Of a stretch of DNA of 40,427 bases, positions 18,954-28,913 are shown piece by piece. Origin of the DNA: Promethearchaeota archaeon (GTDB lineage Archaea; Asgardarchaeota; Lokiarchaeia; Sigyniarchaeales; SOKP01); contig SDNY01000019.1 in assembly GCA_004524535.1 (NCBI GenBank), forward strand, positions 1 to 40,427, in the 5' to 3' direction. Numbering within the stretch: position 1 is the first letter of the stretch; every line of letters begins with the position of its first letter. The translations under genes and the position numbers were made by a program. The notes under the pieces were generated by a model. It ran no database searches, was not told the DNA's origin, and was given only the letters and a program-made list of their open reading frames with translations.

Positions 18954-19056
18954 AGCCCGGTGGTGTAGTGGCCAAGCATCTGGGGCCTTGAACCCCGTGA
19001 CTATTCGTTTCGATACGAGGCGAATCGCGAACACGGTTCGAATCCGTGCCGGGCTA
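18954..19056 (+). tRNA. tRNA-Gln(UUG) with a 30-nt intron (19002-19031), CCA not encoded
   Basis: Acceptor AGCCCGG/CCGGGCT with A1-U72, D-arm GTGTAGTGGCCAAGCAT, anticodon arm TGGGG-CCTTGAA-CCCCG, T-arm CACGG-TTCGAAT-CCGTG. Confidence 0.9.
19002..19031 (+). other. tRNA intron at the variable-loop/T-stem junction (48/49), relaxed BHB motif
   Basis: CGUG-AC^U-AUUCGUUUCG-AUA-CGAGGCGAAU-CGCG-AA^C. Removal gives a normal 73-nt cloverleaf. Confidence 0.85.
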
Positions 19057-19189
19057 TTTAAAATAATTTTGCGAGGATATTTCCAATAATTTTCTCTATA
19101 TTCTCATAATGGAAAATAAAAAATTTTATTGTAGTAAATATTTTAATTTTTAATTTAATCAGCTCAATGACAATAATATAAAAAAAAAA

Positions 19190-20566
19190 ATGACCTCTAT
19201 TATAAAACTTAAATGGGGGATTGTTGAAATCATATATTTAGTAATAATTTTTGCCATTGGCTTTCTGATCACCCTTTTAATTACTCCATATATCATAAAA
19301 TACATGAAAAAGAAAGGAAATGTTGGTTATGATATCCATAAAAATGCTCGACCTGAAGTTGCAGAATCTGGAGGAATAAGTCTAATCGTTGGAATATTTG
19401 CAGCAGCCATCCTTTCAATTATATTATTTCCTATTTTTTTTAATGTTATCTTGATTTTTATTATTACAATAGGTTTAGCCGCTGTTATAGGATTGATTGA
19501 TGATATAAAAAAATTGCGTTCAAGATGGAAAATAGCTTTAACAATTTTCACGGGAAGTGCTCTCTTTTTTGCTAATCTCTTTAATTTTATAAAAATTTCA
19601 TCTCCAGTACTCCCCTTTTTAGGTAAAACGAGATTGACACTGATATATCCATTATTAGTGCCGATAATCGTTGCAGTATTCGCCAACACAACAAACATGA
19701 TGGAGGGCTATAACGCGGAAGGGAGTGGAACGTGTTTAATTGCTGCATGCTTTTTATTTATTTGTGCTTTAATTTGGGACTCCTTTGAAGCCGTTCTTTT
19801 TACAATTATCGCTATTGCTGTTTTAATACCATTTTTTATCTACAATAGATATCCCGCAAAAGTTTTTCCGGGAGATATAGGTACATTAAGTATGGGTGTA
19901 ATGATTGCGTGTATCGCATTATTTGGTTCTCTCGAAGTTGTCATATTTTGCTTACTTCTAATGCATATCTTCAACAGCTTTATTCTTCTCAGTTCAGTCA
20001 GAGGTTTTCTCGAAAGCTCAAAAATTCAAAACTCTATGGATGATATTATACTTTTAGAAGATGATAGAATAAAAGCGTCAGATCAACAAAATGCTGCATT
20101 AACTTTACCCAGATTGATACTTGCCAAAGGGCCTTTAACAGAAAAAGAATTAGTTTTGAATTTTTTCATAATTTCGATTATTTGTGGCTTTTTTTCAATA
20201 ATCACACTACTAATTATTGCATGGACACATAGAAATTTAGATTTTATGTTTGTTATTATCACTGGCATTATTCTTTTAATCCCAACTATGTATTTTTTAT
20301 ATAAATTTAACAGAATCAGAGGTATCATTTTCTTAATGGTTGGGCTGTTAGTAGGAGGTGCATCTTTCTTAATTTTTGTTGATATATACATAATGCATCT
20401 CCCTTTTTCTGATATTGATTTGATTTTTATAATAATTCCAATAAAAGAATTAATAGCATTTGTATTATTTATTCCTGGGTTAGTATTATTTTATTTTATT
20501 ACAATTAAATACTTCTGGTTTCAAATTAATAAAGGAAAAAAAATAGAGACTAAAAAATCAGTTTAA
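19190..20566 (+). CDS. UDP-GlcNAc:polyprenyl-phosphate GlcNAc-1-P transferase (AglH/GPT, MraY-like) with extra C-terminal TM helices
   Basis: GYDIHK..PEVAESGG, GLIDD, NTTNMMEGYN and YPAKVFPGDIGT. Confidence 0.88.
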   Translation: MTSIIKLKWGIVEIIYLVIIFAIGFLITLLITPYIIKYMKKKGNVGYDIHKNARPEVAESGGISLIVGIFAAAILSIILFPIFFNVILIFIITIGLAAVIGLIDDIKKLRSRWKIALTIFTGSALFFANLFNFIKISSPVLPFLGKTRLTLIYPLLVPIIVAVFANTTNMMEGYNAEGSGTCLIAACFLFICALIWDSFEAVLFTIIAIAVLIPFFIYNRYPAKVFPGDIGTLSMGVMIACIALFGSLEVVIFCLLLMHIFNSFILLSSVRGFLESSKIQNSMDDIILLEDDRIKASDQQNAALTLPRLILAKGPLTEKELVLNFFIISIICGFFSIITLLIIAWTHRNLDFMFVIITGIILLIPTMYFLYKFNRIRGIIFLMVGLLVGGASFLIFVDIYIMHLPFSDIDLIFIIIPIKELIAFVLFIPGLVLFYFITIKYFWFQINKGKKIETKKSV

Positions 20567-20633
20567 TATTGTAATTTAAATCTCTAAGATAAGAAAAAAT
20601 ATTAAAAAATTTTGAAAAAATTAGGTATTTCTG

Positions 20634-23177
20634 TTGAAAAAATATAATAGATTCTTCTTATTGGTTTTTTATATAATCTTTTCACCCAGTCTATTCTATT
20701 TTTTTTATTTTATTGTATTTCCTCATGGTGTTGAGATTTTAACAGATTGGACTTTCTATCTTGTTATTATCTCTTTTCTCTTTTCTATAAATGAATTATA
20801 TCATTGGGCAAAGATAGGGAGACGTTCTGAATTAAGCGATCTAGTAGCTATCGCTCTTTTCTTTTGCATAATTTTTTTCATAACAAAAGATTTGTTGACA
20901 TCTCTTATGGGAGCCTTTTCCATTTATCTCTGGGTAGGTATTATTGAATTAAGAGAATATCCTGTAATAAATAAAATATTAATTATTTCATTAATTACCT
21001 ACAACGTAATCTTTGTTGCAGGTTTAGTATCTTTTTACTATGAAGATCCTTTTTATATTAATACTGCTTTTGCTTTCTCATTTTGGATCATTCTTATATT
21101 AGGATTTATTTTATTTGGGAGGAAGTATATTGTCGTCTGGAGGTTTATGTCTCCAGCCTATTTATTATTATTTTTATATGTTATAGCATGGATAGCGATT
21201 ATATTTATTAATCAATACACGCCACTTGAGTTTATATCTACATCTCCTCTAAACTCTGAAAGAATTCAGCCCATTGATTTCATTATGAATATTTATTTTG
21301 TTTTAATTGTTGTTAATTGGTTTGTTTATCTTATATCGGGTATCGTCCTGGATAAGCTACTCGGTATTAAAAAAGTTGAGGATGAAAACTTTTTAAAAAT
21401 TGTAGAAAATGTTAAGAATGATATTGGAATAAAAGGAAAAGTAAAAGTCGGTTTTGGTAGATATCCAATATTAAATGCAATGGCATATGGTGCCTTTTTT
21501 GATAAGAGAATTGCCATTATCGCTGAAGATATAGATCAAATTCCTGAAGATGAATTGAAAGGAATAGTTGCCCATGAATTAGCACACACTAAAGGAAAAC
21601 ATACTCTTATATTGACTTTCATCACTACTGCAGATTTAGTATTCCGAATGATAGTTGGTTTACCTGCTACATATTATGATTATACGTTTGGAGATCCTCA
21701 AATTCCAATGATCGGATTTATATTTTTAAATATTGTGCTGTATATGTTTATCTTTATTTTTATCAGATTTTTAGAGGGTAAAGCAGATTTAAAAGCAAAA
21801 AATTCGGGCTATGCTAAAGAACTTGCTAAAGCTCTTTATAATTTGGAAAGTTTTTATGCAACTGGACGGGAATTTGGGTTAAATACGATGCTTTTGTGTG
21901 AAGAAAGAATAACAAAAGATAATCAACTTTTAGATTATATGGATACTGCTGACTACATTCACCAATCAATAATTAAGCCTAAAAGAGGATCTCTTTTAGC
22001 TAATTTAATGAATTCACACCCTCCCACCTATTTTCGAATAGCAGCACTTCTAGGTGAAGAATTAAAACCTGGCAAGGAAGCTTTACTTCCATTTATCTGC
22101 TTAAAGAGATCGAAACAAAAAAAATACGCCAAAAAATTTGAAAAGGCTCGTTATGCGTTTAAAATTATTGCAAATGAAAAATTTAAAGATTATTTCAATG
22201 TTGAGAATGTATCATTATTATTAGAGAATTTAAGGAGGCGAGAAATATATAAGAGAGAATTAAAAAGAGATTTTATTTTTAAAAATAAAATTACAGACAA
22301 AATTATTTTTGGCAAGTTAGAAGATATTCAATTTCTTGATGATATTTGCGATTCTGATCAATATATTATCACGGATTTGAAAATGTCCCAAAAATTACAT
22401 TTAAATACTTCACTCTACACGAAAACGCAAGTAAATTTGAACAGTACATATTTCTTCAAAAAGAACGTACCAATGATTTTATCGGATATTGAACTAAACC
22501 TAGAAAAAATAGGTGGAAATTATGTTTTTTTAGATAAAGATGGTAATAAAATCCTTAAACCAATAAAAAAAACAAAATTACCTATTTCAGTTGATAATAT
22601 TAAAAAGTATAAAGATCAAGAGATTTTTTTAAAATTGAAAGGAGAACTAAAGATATATAGATGTACAAATATAATTTCTAAAGAAATTTTTAACGATTAT
22701 GAGTTAGAATTTAGTAGAACTATTGAAAATCCTATTGAACGTCAAGAATCTCTTAATTTCAAACTTAGTGAATTAATTATTAGACCTAGAAATATTTATT
22801 TCTCAATTAGTAGAAACGTATATTTTCGAAAATATGAAATAGAATTATTTAATTGGTTGTTAAACAATCAGATTCGTGTTTTTATATATCTTAAAAAACC
22901 CGTAAATAATTTAGAAATTGGAAAGATTCTTAAATTAAATGTTAATTTTGAAGGCATTGAAAAAGAATTAAATCATGATGATATAAAAAATAACGATTTT
23001 ATAATCGTAAAAAATATCTTTGGAAAGGAAATTAATATTCCATATAAACTCCTAGAATTGATAACTTTTAAATGGGATACCGCGATGATTCAAAAAAAAT
23101 CAGAGACAAGTTTTTTTAGCCGGATTGGATATAAAATTATGAACAAATTTAAACCAGAAAAGGTTCTCTATCAATAA
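20634..23177 (+). CDS. M48/HtpX-like membrane zinc metalloprotease with long N- and C-terminal extensions
   Basis: LNAMAYG, ELKGIVAHELAH, EGKAD and SHPPTYFRI motifs, with many N-terminal TM helices. Confidence 0.85.
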   Translation: MKKYNRFFLLVFYIIFSPSLFYFFYFIVFPHGVEILTDWTFYLVIISFLFSINELYHWAKIGRRSELSDLVAIALFFCIIFFITKDLLTSLMGAFSIYLWVGIIELREYPVINKILIISLITYNVIFVAGLVSFYYEDPFYINTAFAFSFWIILILGFILFGRKYIVVWRFMSPAYLLLFLYVIAWIAIIFINQYTPLEFISTSPLNSERIQPIDFIMNIYFVLIVVNWFVYLISGIVLDKLLGIKKVEDENFLKIVENVKNDIGIKGKVKVGFGRYPILNAMAYGAFFDKRIAIIAEDIDQIPEDELKGIVAHELAHTKGKHTLILTFITTADLVFRMIVGLPATYYDYTFGDPQIPMIGFIFLNIVLYMFIFIFIRFLEGKADLKAKNSGYAKELAKALYNLESFYATGREFGLNTMLLCEERITKDNQLLDYMDTADYIHQSIIKPKRGSLLANLMNSHPPTYFRIAALLGEELKPGKEALLPFICLKRSKQKKYAKKFEKARYAFKIIANEKFKDYFNVENVSLLLENLRRREIYKRELKRDFIFKNKITDKIIFGKLEDIQFLDDICDSDQYIITDLKMSQKLHLNTSLYTKTQVNLNSTYFFKKNVPMILSDIELNLEKIGGNYVFLDKDGNKILKPIKKTKLPISVDNIKKYKDQEIFLKLKGELKIYRCTNIISKEIFNDYELEFSRTIENPIERQESLNFKLSELIIRPRNIYFSISRNVYFRKYEIELFNWLLNNQIRVFIYLKKPVNNLEIGKILKLNVNFEGIEKELNHDDIKNNDFIIVKNIFGKEINIPYKLLELITFKWDTAMIQKKSETSFFSRIGYKIMNKFKPEKVLYQ

Positions 23178-23362
23178 AGTTTATTTTAAATGCGCTTTTT
23201 AAATTTTACAGCGCAGTCGATATTAAAATAACTATAACACACTAAAAGACTCCAAGAATAAAAAAATAAAAAATAATTTACCTTTTGGAATTCTAAGTTC
23301 ATTAATTAATTCATCACATTCATTTAGAAATTTATAGCTTTGAGTATTATTACTTTAGATAG

Positions 23363-23476
23363 GCTCGGGGAAGAGGATATCTTGTAGAAAAGAAAATTGA
23401 AGGTACGTTTATTATTAAGCTTGAGGATTATAAACAAGATGTTCTTAAGCTTAAAGAATCTATTAGCGTCCTATAA
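23363..23476 (+). pseudogene. Probable 3' gene fragment (ARGRGYLVEKKIEGTFIIKLEDYKQDVLKLKESISVL*)
   Basis: 37 open codons without a start, ending immediately beside the stop of the convergent gene. Confidence 0.35.
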
Positions 23477-25099
23477 TTAGTATTTATAATAAGGTTTTTT
23501 TATTTTCTTAAAATAGATTATTACCACTGCCGCTATGCCTCCAGAAACTCCTATTCCTATTACTACAGGTATCACAATATCAGGTTCTTCCTTAGCCTTT
23601 TTCTCACCATCATCGTCATCTCCACTTACAGGGGGTATCACCGGAGCCAAATACACTTTAGATTTAATCACGGTCACGTTCGCGAAGCCAATGTTTCCTG
23701 CGGTATCATTACAGTAAAAGATAATCGTAAAATTTTCTTCATACCCAATGGAATCCCATATTTTATCCCAATCTGCTCCATTTATCGTAGTATTTGTACT
23801 AAACGTACGATTCTCGGTATAATAAGTTCCATTGAATAATCGGTACCACATTTTATGGGGATTTTTCTCTCTAACAACTATGATAAAGGCAGCAGGACCA
23901 TCATTCTCGATGAATGTTTGATTCGCGACAGGCACAATGATCGTAATATTAGGAGCTATGATGTCTTTTCTCACAAGAATTTCATCAAACGCCCTTGGTC
24001 CAGTTGTTCTGTTCAAGAAGAATCGAATGATAACCGTCCCATTTTCAAATTGATTCCAGAGGTTATAATTAATCGTGTCTTCAATTACTCCTTCGAACAC
24101 ACTCTCAGAATAAGTAATATTGTTGGTGTAATCATTGCTATTTGTTCCGTTTATGAGCATATACCAAATAGTATCTAAGTTTCTGCCAGATACGGAAATC
24201 GTGAAATTCATTGCAACATTCCCAAAAATTTCGTTTGAAGTAGGTTTAGTAATAGCGATACTTGGTGGTTCAATATCTTTTCTTACGATTACTTCTGCCA
24301 TTCCAATGTTGTCTAACGAATCATTCGCAAAAATACGGATGATGACGGTTCCATTGCCCATTTGATTCCACGCAGTCTGATTGACTTGACCATTCCATGT
24401 GTAATTCTCCGTATAGTGAGTGCTGTCTGTTGCATTAATGAGCATGTGCCATTGAGCGTCAATACCACTCACGTCATTAAATAGAACATCACAATCTGCC
24501 ACACCGGGCGCGGTTGAGAAAAATAATTCATTCGGAGTAGGATTATTTATTGTTACTATCGGTCCCAGAATATCCTTCCTGACTGTGGTAGAATTCATCC
24601 TAAGATTCCCCAAAGTATCATTCGCATAGAATTCGATAATGACAGTACCATTCGGACGGTCATTCCATGCATCTTGGTTAATCTGTCCCAACCTTTGAGA
24701 GCCTAATCCCCCGATTGTATAATTTATTGACCAGTCAGTACCATTTCCGATCCGATACCATGTGTCGTTCAAATGAGCGTCTTTAAAGACCAAATTATAT
24801 GAAGGAGCCGTCGCGTTAAACAATTTATTATATTTAGGCTCAATGATCGTGATATTTGGAGCCATAGAATCTTTTAATACGGGTAAATCTATATTCCCAA
24901 TATAATTCCGTGAGTCATTTACATAAAAATGAATTATAACGGTTCCATTGTCTACTTTATCCCACCCTGTTTGGTTTATGTATCCTGATAGGCTTCCCGT
25001 AATATTATACATGGTTGGATCATTACCTAAAGTATACCATACTGTATCCTCAACGCCTTCCATAATGAACACAGCATAAAAGGGGGAATTACAAATGTG
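23477..25099 (-). pseudogene. 5'-truncated cell-surface glycoprotein with ~5 Ig-like ~98-aa repeats and C-terminal TM anchor
   Basis: Repeats of D..P.I.I..P..N...WY...NGTVII.F.AND..GN, many NxT/S sequons, then DDDD linker, TM and basic tail. It starts mid-repeat with no signal peptide. Confidence 0.75.
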
Positions 25100-26115
25100 T
25101 TAATTAAGAGAGGGATCGAGATTATTATTCCTTATAGTCAACTATTGGCGATAAGAGAGGAGATTTACTATACTCTGGTATTTTCTTCTCAGTCCCGTCA
25201 TCCTGAATGGGGTTTAATGTCTCCTGAAGGCTATTTTCTCCAGTTTTCTCTGCTTTGGTCTGATGAATTACAAGATAAAATTAAGAAAGCATATAATATT
25301 TTACTGGAAATGTTTGAATTTGGTTCGGACACATTCTATATAAAATTTCGTACCGAATCCGGAGGGGGTGTTTCAACATTAAGAACTTCACTCGATTACC
25401 ATTATGGTAAGTATGGATTTACTAATGATCCCATAAAATTTAAACCTCAGGACGCAAAGCATAGAGCTAGAGCTGCCCAGAGCATTCTTTTCTACAGCTT
25501 CGTGCTCCCCGATGTATTCACTGATGTTTTGATTGGTCCCGCCCCACAAGCCAAATCATTTTTACTCGCAAACATTTTTAGTACGTTCTCAGCCTCGGAA
25601 ATAAGAACTTCCACAGTACCCGAACCTAGACTGCCTACTTTGTTCTGGGAGGAATCGATCCGGCCGGAGCCGATAAAGATGTGGTGTTAGAGAATGTCTT
25701 GATGGATTGGTTGGACCCTCCAACCAAATGGGCAATCTTTAACTATTTAGAGGGCAATCCAAAAGCTACTGATGATCAGTTAATAGCACAATTCCCTCAG
25801 GAAGATCCGAATTATTTAAGAGATTTTAACAAAGAATTCAAATCCGCTTATGTCTCCATATTACAGTATGAATTCGGGCAAATCTTTTCCCCGACCGATA
25901 TCAGATATTTTCTCGGGTTTCATGATATGGGACGGGATACTCAAAACTCAGGGACTCAAAAGAGAATGATCCACTTTATTTGGCAAGTATTTTTCAAGGA
26001 ATTATTTGATAAAATGGCTAGAGAGGAACAAGATAGAAATCATGAAGGAAATTTGTATGATTTAACAATAGATGAGTATTTATCAAGGAGAAGGTGGCTT
26101 TTTCCACCACTTTAG
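25097..26115 (+). pseudogene. Probable single unknown gene, 5'-truncated and frameshifted (ORFs 25097-25690 and 25681-26115)
   Basis: The second frame is open from 25630 (TAYFVLGGIDPAGADKDVVLE...) and overlaps the first. There is no room for a promoter upstream. Confidence 0.5.
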
Positions 26116-26159
26116 AGGATGCAATGAAGGATAATTTAACGGGACACCATAAAGAGGTA

Positions 26160-27533
26160 TCACTTATTTTTTCCGAAATATAATTCTACTCCTTTTTTTT
26201 CCAAAGCATTTGCTAGAGACCAATTTCTGGTGATTTTTGTTTCATTTAAGTATATTATCCTTAAGGGAAGGTGTAATATCTCTTGCGGGAGACCTCTAAT
26301 TGGATTATGACTTAGACTTAATTTTTTAAGGCATTTTAATTTATAAATCGAATCTGGTATTGATGTAAGATTATTGCCAACAAGCTCAAGTTCTTCTAAT
26401 AATCTTAGATTCCCTATAGATTCTGGAAGCGAATCTAATTTATTATTCCAAATAGATAATTTTTTTAATGACATAAGATCTCCAATTGATTCGGGGATTA
26501 ATTTCAGTTTATTATTACTAAGTTCGAGATATTTAAGCTTTCTTAATTTACCGATGGATTCGGGAACAGTACTTATGTCATTTTCGCTCAGATCGAGATA
26601 TCTAAGAAAAGTAAGATCTCCTATGGAGTCGGGGATGTTCTCTATTTCATTGTGATGTACATCCAGACGTTCAAGGGATTTAAGCTCTCCTATCCATTCT
26701 GGTATTTTTTTTAGTTTTCCGACTTGTAGAACAAGATGCTTCAAAAACTTTAATTCCGATAACCAGTCCGGTAATTCTTCATTAGGTGGAGCATAAAGAA
26801 TCAGAATTTCAAGGTCTTTCAATTTTCTTATGGGCTCCGGTATCTCATTAAGTCCAGAACAATCGAAATTAAGACCCGCCACTTTACCTTCCTTCCACAT
26901 GATCGCATTATATATAGATTCTAATCGGGATACTCTAAACCATAATTGTCTTAATCCATGATGTTTAAGATTTTTAAGCATGATTCCCTCTAACTCCTCG
27001 ACGACCTCGATGTCCGATTTGAATAATACCCTTCGCTCCTCTTTTGTGAGGATATCTATATATCCTTTACTATTACAAAAGAATTCCCGTATTTTTTGCG
27101 GACCTTCCAAGAAGCGTTTTACGACTTCTTCTTTAAAGATTCTATTCGCAAGAGGATCCCCCGCTTCCGCCAATTCTTTCAGCAAAGGAAATGCCAGATT
27201 CGAGTGCAGCAGACGCATATCATAACCGCTCTCCGCCCAGACCTGAAGGTTGGACGAGTGCGCCCAGAACTCGGTTTCAGGAGGAATTCCATATACGGTC
27301 AGTGCATCTTCTTCTGAAGAAGGCGCATTTAGTGTCTCCATCGACTTATCCAATAAATCCGCCGCCTCGTCAATCGATTTAATCTCATCATATTTCTCTC
27401 TGTTCTCCTCACTGATATTGAAGAGTAGATATTTGCATTGCAAATATGGATAGTCATCTCCCTTTATGTAGATATTGGTTATTCCATCCTCTAATTTCAG
27501 CGTAAGATAGTCATTTACTTTGAACACATGCAT
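26160..27533 (-). CDS. LRR protein with conserved N-terminal domain and ~9 regular 23-aa LRRs
   Basis: N-terminus is homologous to 3309-4919. Repeats of IPxSIGxLxxLxxLxLxxNxL. Confidence 0.9.
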   Translation of the reverse strand: MHVFKVNDYLTLKLEDGITNIYIKGDDYPYLQCKYLLFNISEENREKYDEIKSIDEAADLLDKSMETLNAPSSEEDALTVYGIPPETEFWAHSSNLQVWAESGYDMRLLHSNLAFPLLKELAEAGDPLANRIFKEEVVKRFLEGPQKIREFFCNSKGYIDILTKEERRVLFKSDIEVVEELEGIMLKNLKHHGLRQLWFRVSRLESIYNAIMWKEGKVAGLNFDCSGLNEIPEPIRKLKDLEILILYAPPNEELPDWLSELKFLKHLVLQVGKLKKIPEWIGELKSLERLDVHHNEIENIPDSIGDLTFLRYLDLSENDISTVPESIGKLRKLKYLELSNNKLKLIPESIGDLMSLKKLSIWNNKLDSLPESIGNLRLLEELELVGNNLTSIPDSIYKLKCLKKLSLSHNPIRGLPQEILHLPLRIIYLNETKITRNWSLANALEKKGVELYFGKNK

Positions 27534-27602
27534 TTTTTAAAAAATAACTTATTCAATTATTCTATGATATAATTTTAAATTCAGAAATATAAATTTGATC
27601 TC
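27534..27602 (-). promoter_or_regulatory. Conserved upstream element of LRR gene (copy B)
   Basis: Matches 4921-4988. Confidence 0.65.
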
Positions 27603-27958
27603 TCTTAAAATTTATTATGTTTTTAAGATTGATTTTTACATATTATTTAAAGGCAAAAAAGAAAATTTGATACATTTCTGTTCGGTTTTTCAGTTGATTT
27701 TTCATTAAGTCTCACTCTGATCCTTCCCATTCAGAGAATTCAGAGCATTTTTCAAAAAAGATTCAAATCTTAAATTCATAATAATAACATCTAAATTAAA
27801 TAGTATTAATCTTTTTTATTTTCTTTTTTTTATTTAGAACCCATCAAGATTTTAACTCTGATTTTTCCGTAAGAATAATTCAGATGATTTTTTACTTCTG
27901 ATTTATATACCTAAATTTTAAAAAGGTTTAATTTAAATGTAATTTTTGAAAAATTATA

Positions 27959-28894
27959 ATGTCTAGGAAAATCAAAAACCTTCTAAATCTTCTGAGATTA
28001 AGACAATGGTACAAAAATGGTTTAATTTTTGTAGGGGCATTTTTTAGTGGAAATATACTTGATTTCTTTGTTTTATCCTTACTCATTATTGGCTTCGCTA
28101 TCCTATGTTGTGCCTCTTCAATCAATTACATTATAAATGATATAAGAGATATTGAAAAAGATAAAAAACATCCAGAAAAATTTGAAAAACGACCTCTTGC
28201 ATCTGGAGAATTATCTGTTTTTTTTGCTATTCTTTTATTGGCACTATTAGTTGGAGTTATAGTTATCTTAACTTTCCTTTTCATCATTCCAAATTGGAAT
28301 TTTGTTATTATGGTAATATTAATCTTAATAACAGGTCAATTATACAATCTCCTTTTTAAAAACTATGCCTTTATAGATATTTTATCTTTGTCATTAATCT
28401 ATCTATGGAGGGCTTTAGCAGGATGCTTCTTAATTGAAGTTTTTATTTCACCTTGGTTATTCTTAGCTATTTTTGAACTCGCATTATTTTTGGTAATTGC
28501 TAAGAGGAAGGGCGATTTAATACTTATTGGTGAAGAAAAAGCCCTTGAGCATAAAAAAAGCTACGATCAGTATTCACTTACATTATTAGATCAATTTCAT
28601 GTGATTATAGCGGGATCTTTATTTATTACTTATTCCTTATACCTTATATTACATTTTGATCTATTTTCAGCGGAAAAAGTTAATTTACACGAATATATAA
28701 CGATTTTAACAATTCCATTGTCTCTTTTTATTATTATGCGATATATGTATTTAACTTCAGCTAAACCAAAGATTGCACGTAATACAGAAAAGGCACTATT
28801 AGATCCTGGAATATTAATTGCTGGTATATGTCTATTAGGAATATTAACGTATTCCTTTTATATAAAACTATTTCTAAAGTTACTGAATCTCTGA
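27959..28894 (+). CDS. UbiA superfamily polyprenyl-phosphate phosphoribosyltransferase-like protein
   Basis: LRLRQWYKN, YIINDIRDIEKDKKHPEK..RPLASG, AKRKGDL and YSLY. Confidence 0.82.
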   Translation: MSRKIKNLLNLLRLRQWYKNGLIFVGAFFSGNILDFFVLSLLIIGFAILCCASSINYIINDIRDIEKDKKHPEKFEKRPLASGELSVFFAILLLALLVGVIVILTFLFIIPNWNFVIMVILILITGQLYNLLFKNYAFIDILSLSLIYLWRALAGCFLIEVFISPWLFLAIFELALFLVIAKRKGDLILIGEEKALEHKKSYDQYSLTLLDQFHVIIAGSLFITYSLYLILHFDLFSAEKVNLHEYITILTIPLSLFIIMRYMYLTSAKPKIARNTEKALLDPGILIAGICLLGILTYSFYIKLFLKLLNL

Positions 28895-28913
28895 ATTTTC
28901 AAGGTTTTAAAAG

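Noticed and set aside
18954-19056. Reading the tRNA as Ser(UGA) or another long-variable-arm tRNA
   Set aside because: The anticodon stem pairs only with UUG centred, A1-U72 fits archaeal Gln, and the extra 30 nt excise cleanly under BHB rules.
23191-23215. tgcgct/agcgca inverted repeat after the HtpX-like gene
   Set aside because: A 6-bp stem with a long AT loop is too little to call a terminator or ncRNA.
27711-27905. Recurring ctctga/tcagag words and a small hairpin in the intergenic region
   Set aside because: The words are short and irregularly spaced, so they cannot be told from chance. They are at most weak operator candidates.
2828-28125. Short ORFs in the track overlapping real genes (e.g. 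2828-3019, 4577-4837, 5775-5963, 11070-11426, 11495-11776, 19327-19698, 23855-24365, 26374-27453, 27928-28125)
   Set aside because: They are antisense shadows of well-supported CDS and show no recognisable motifs.
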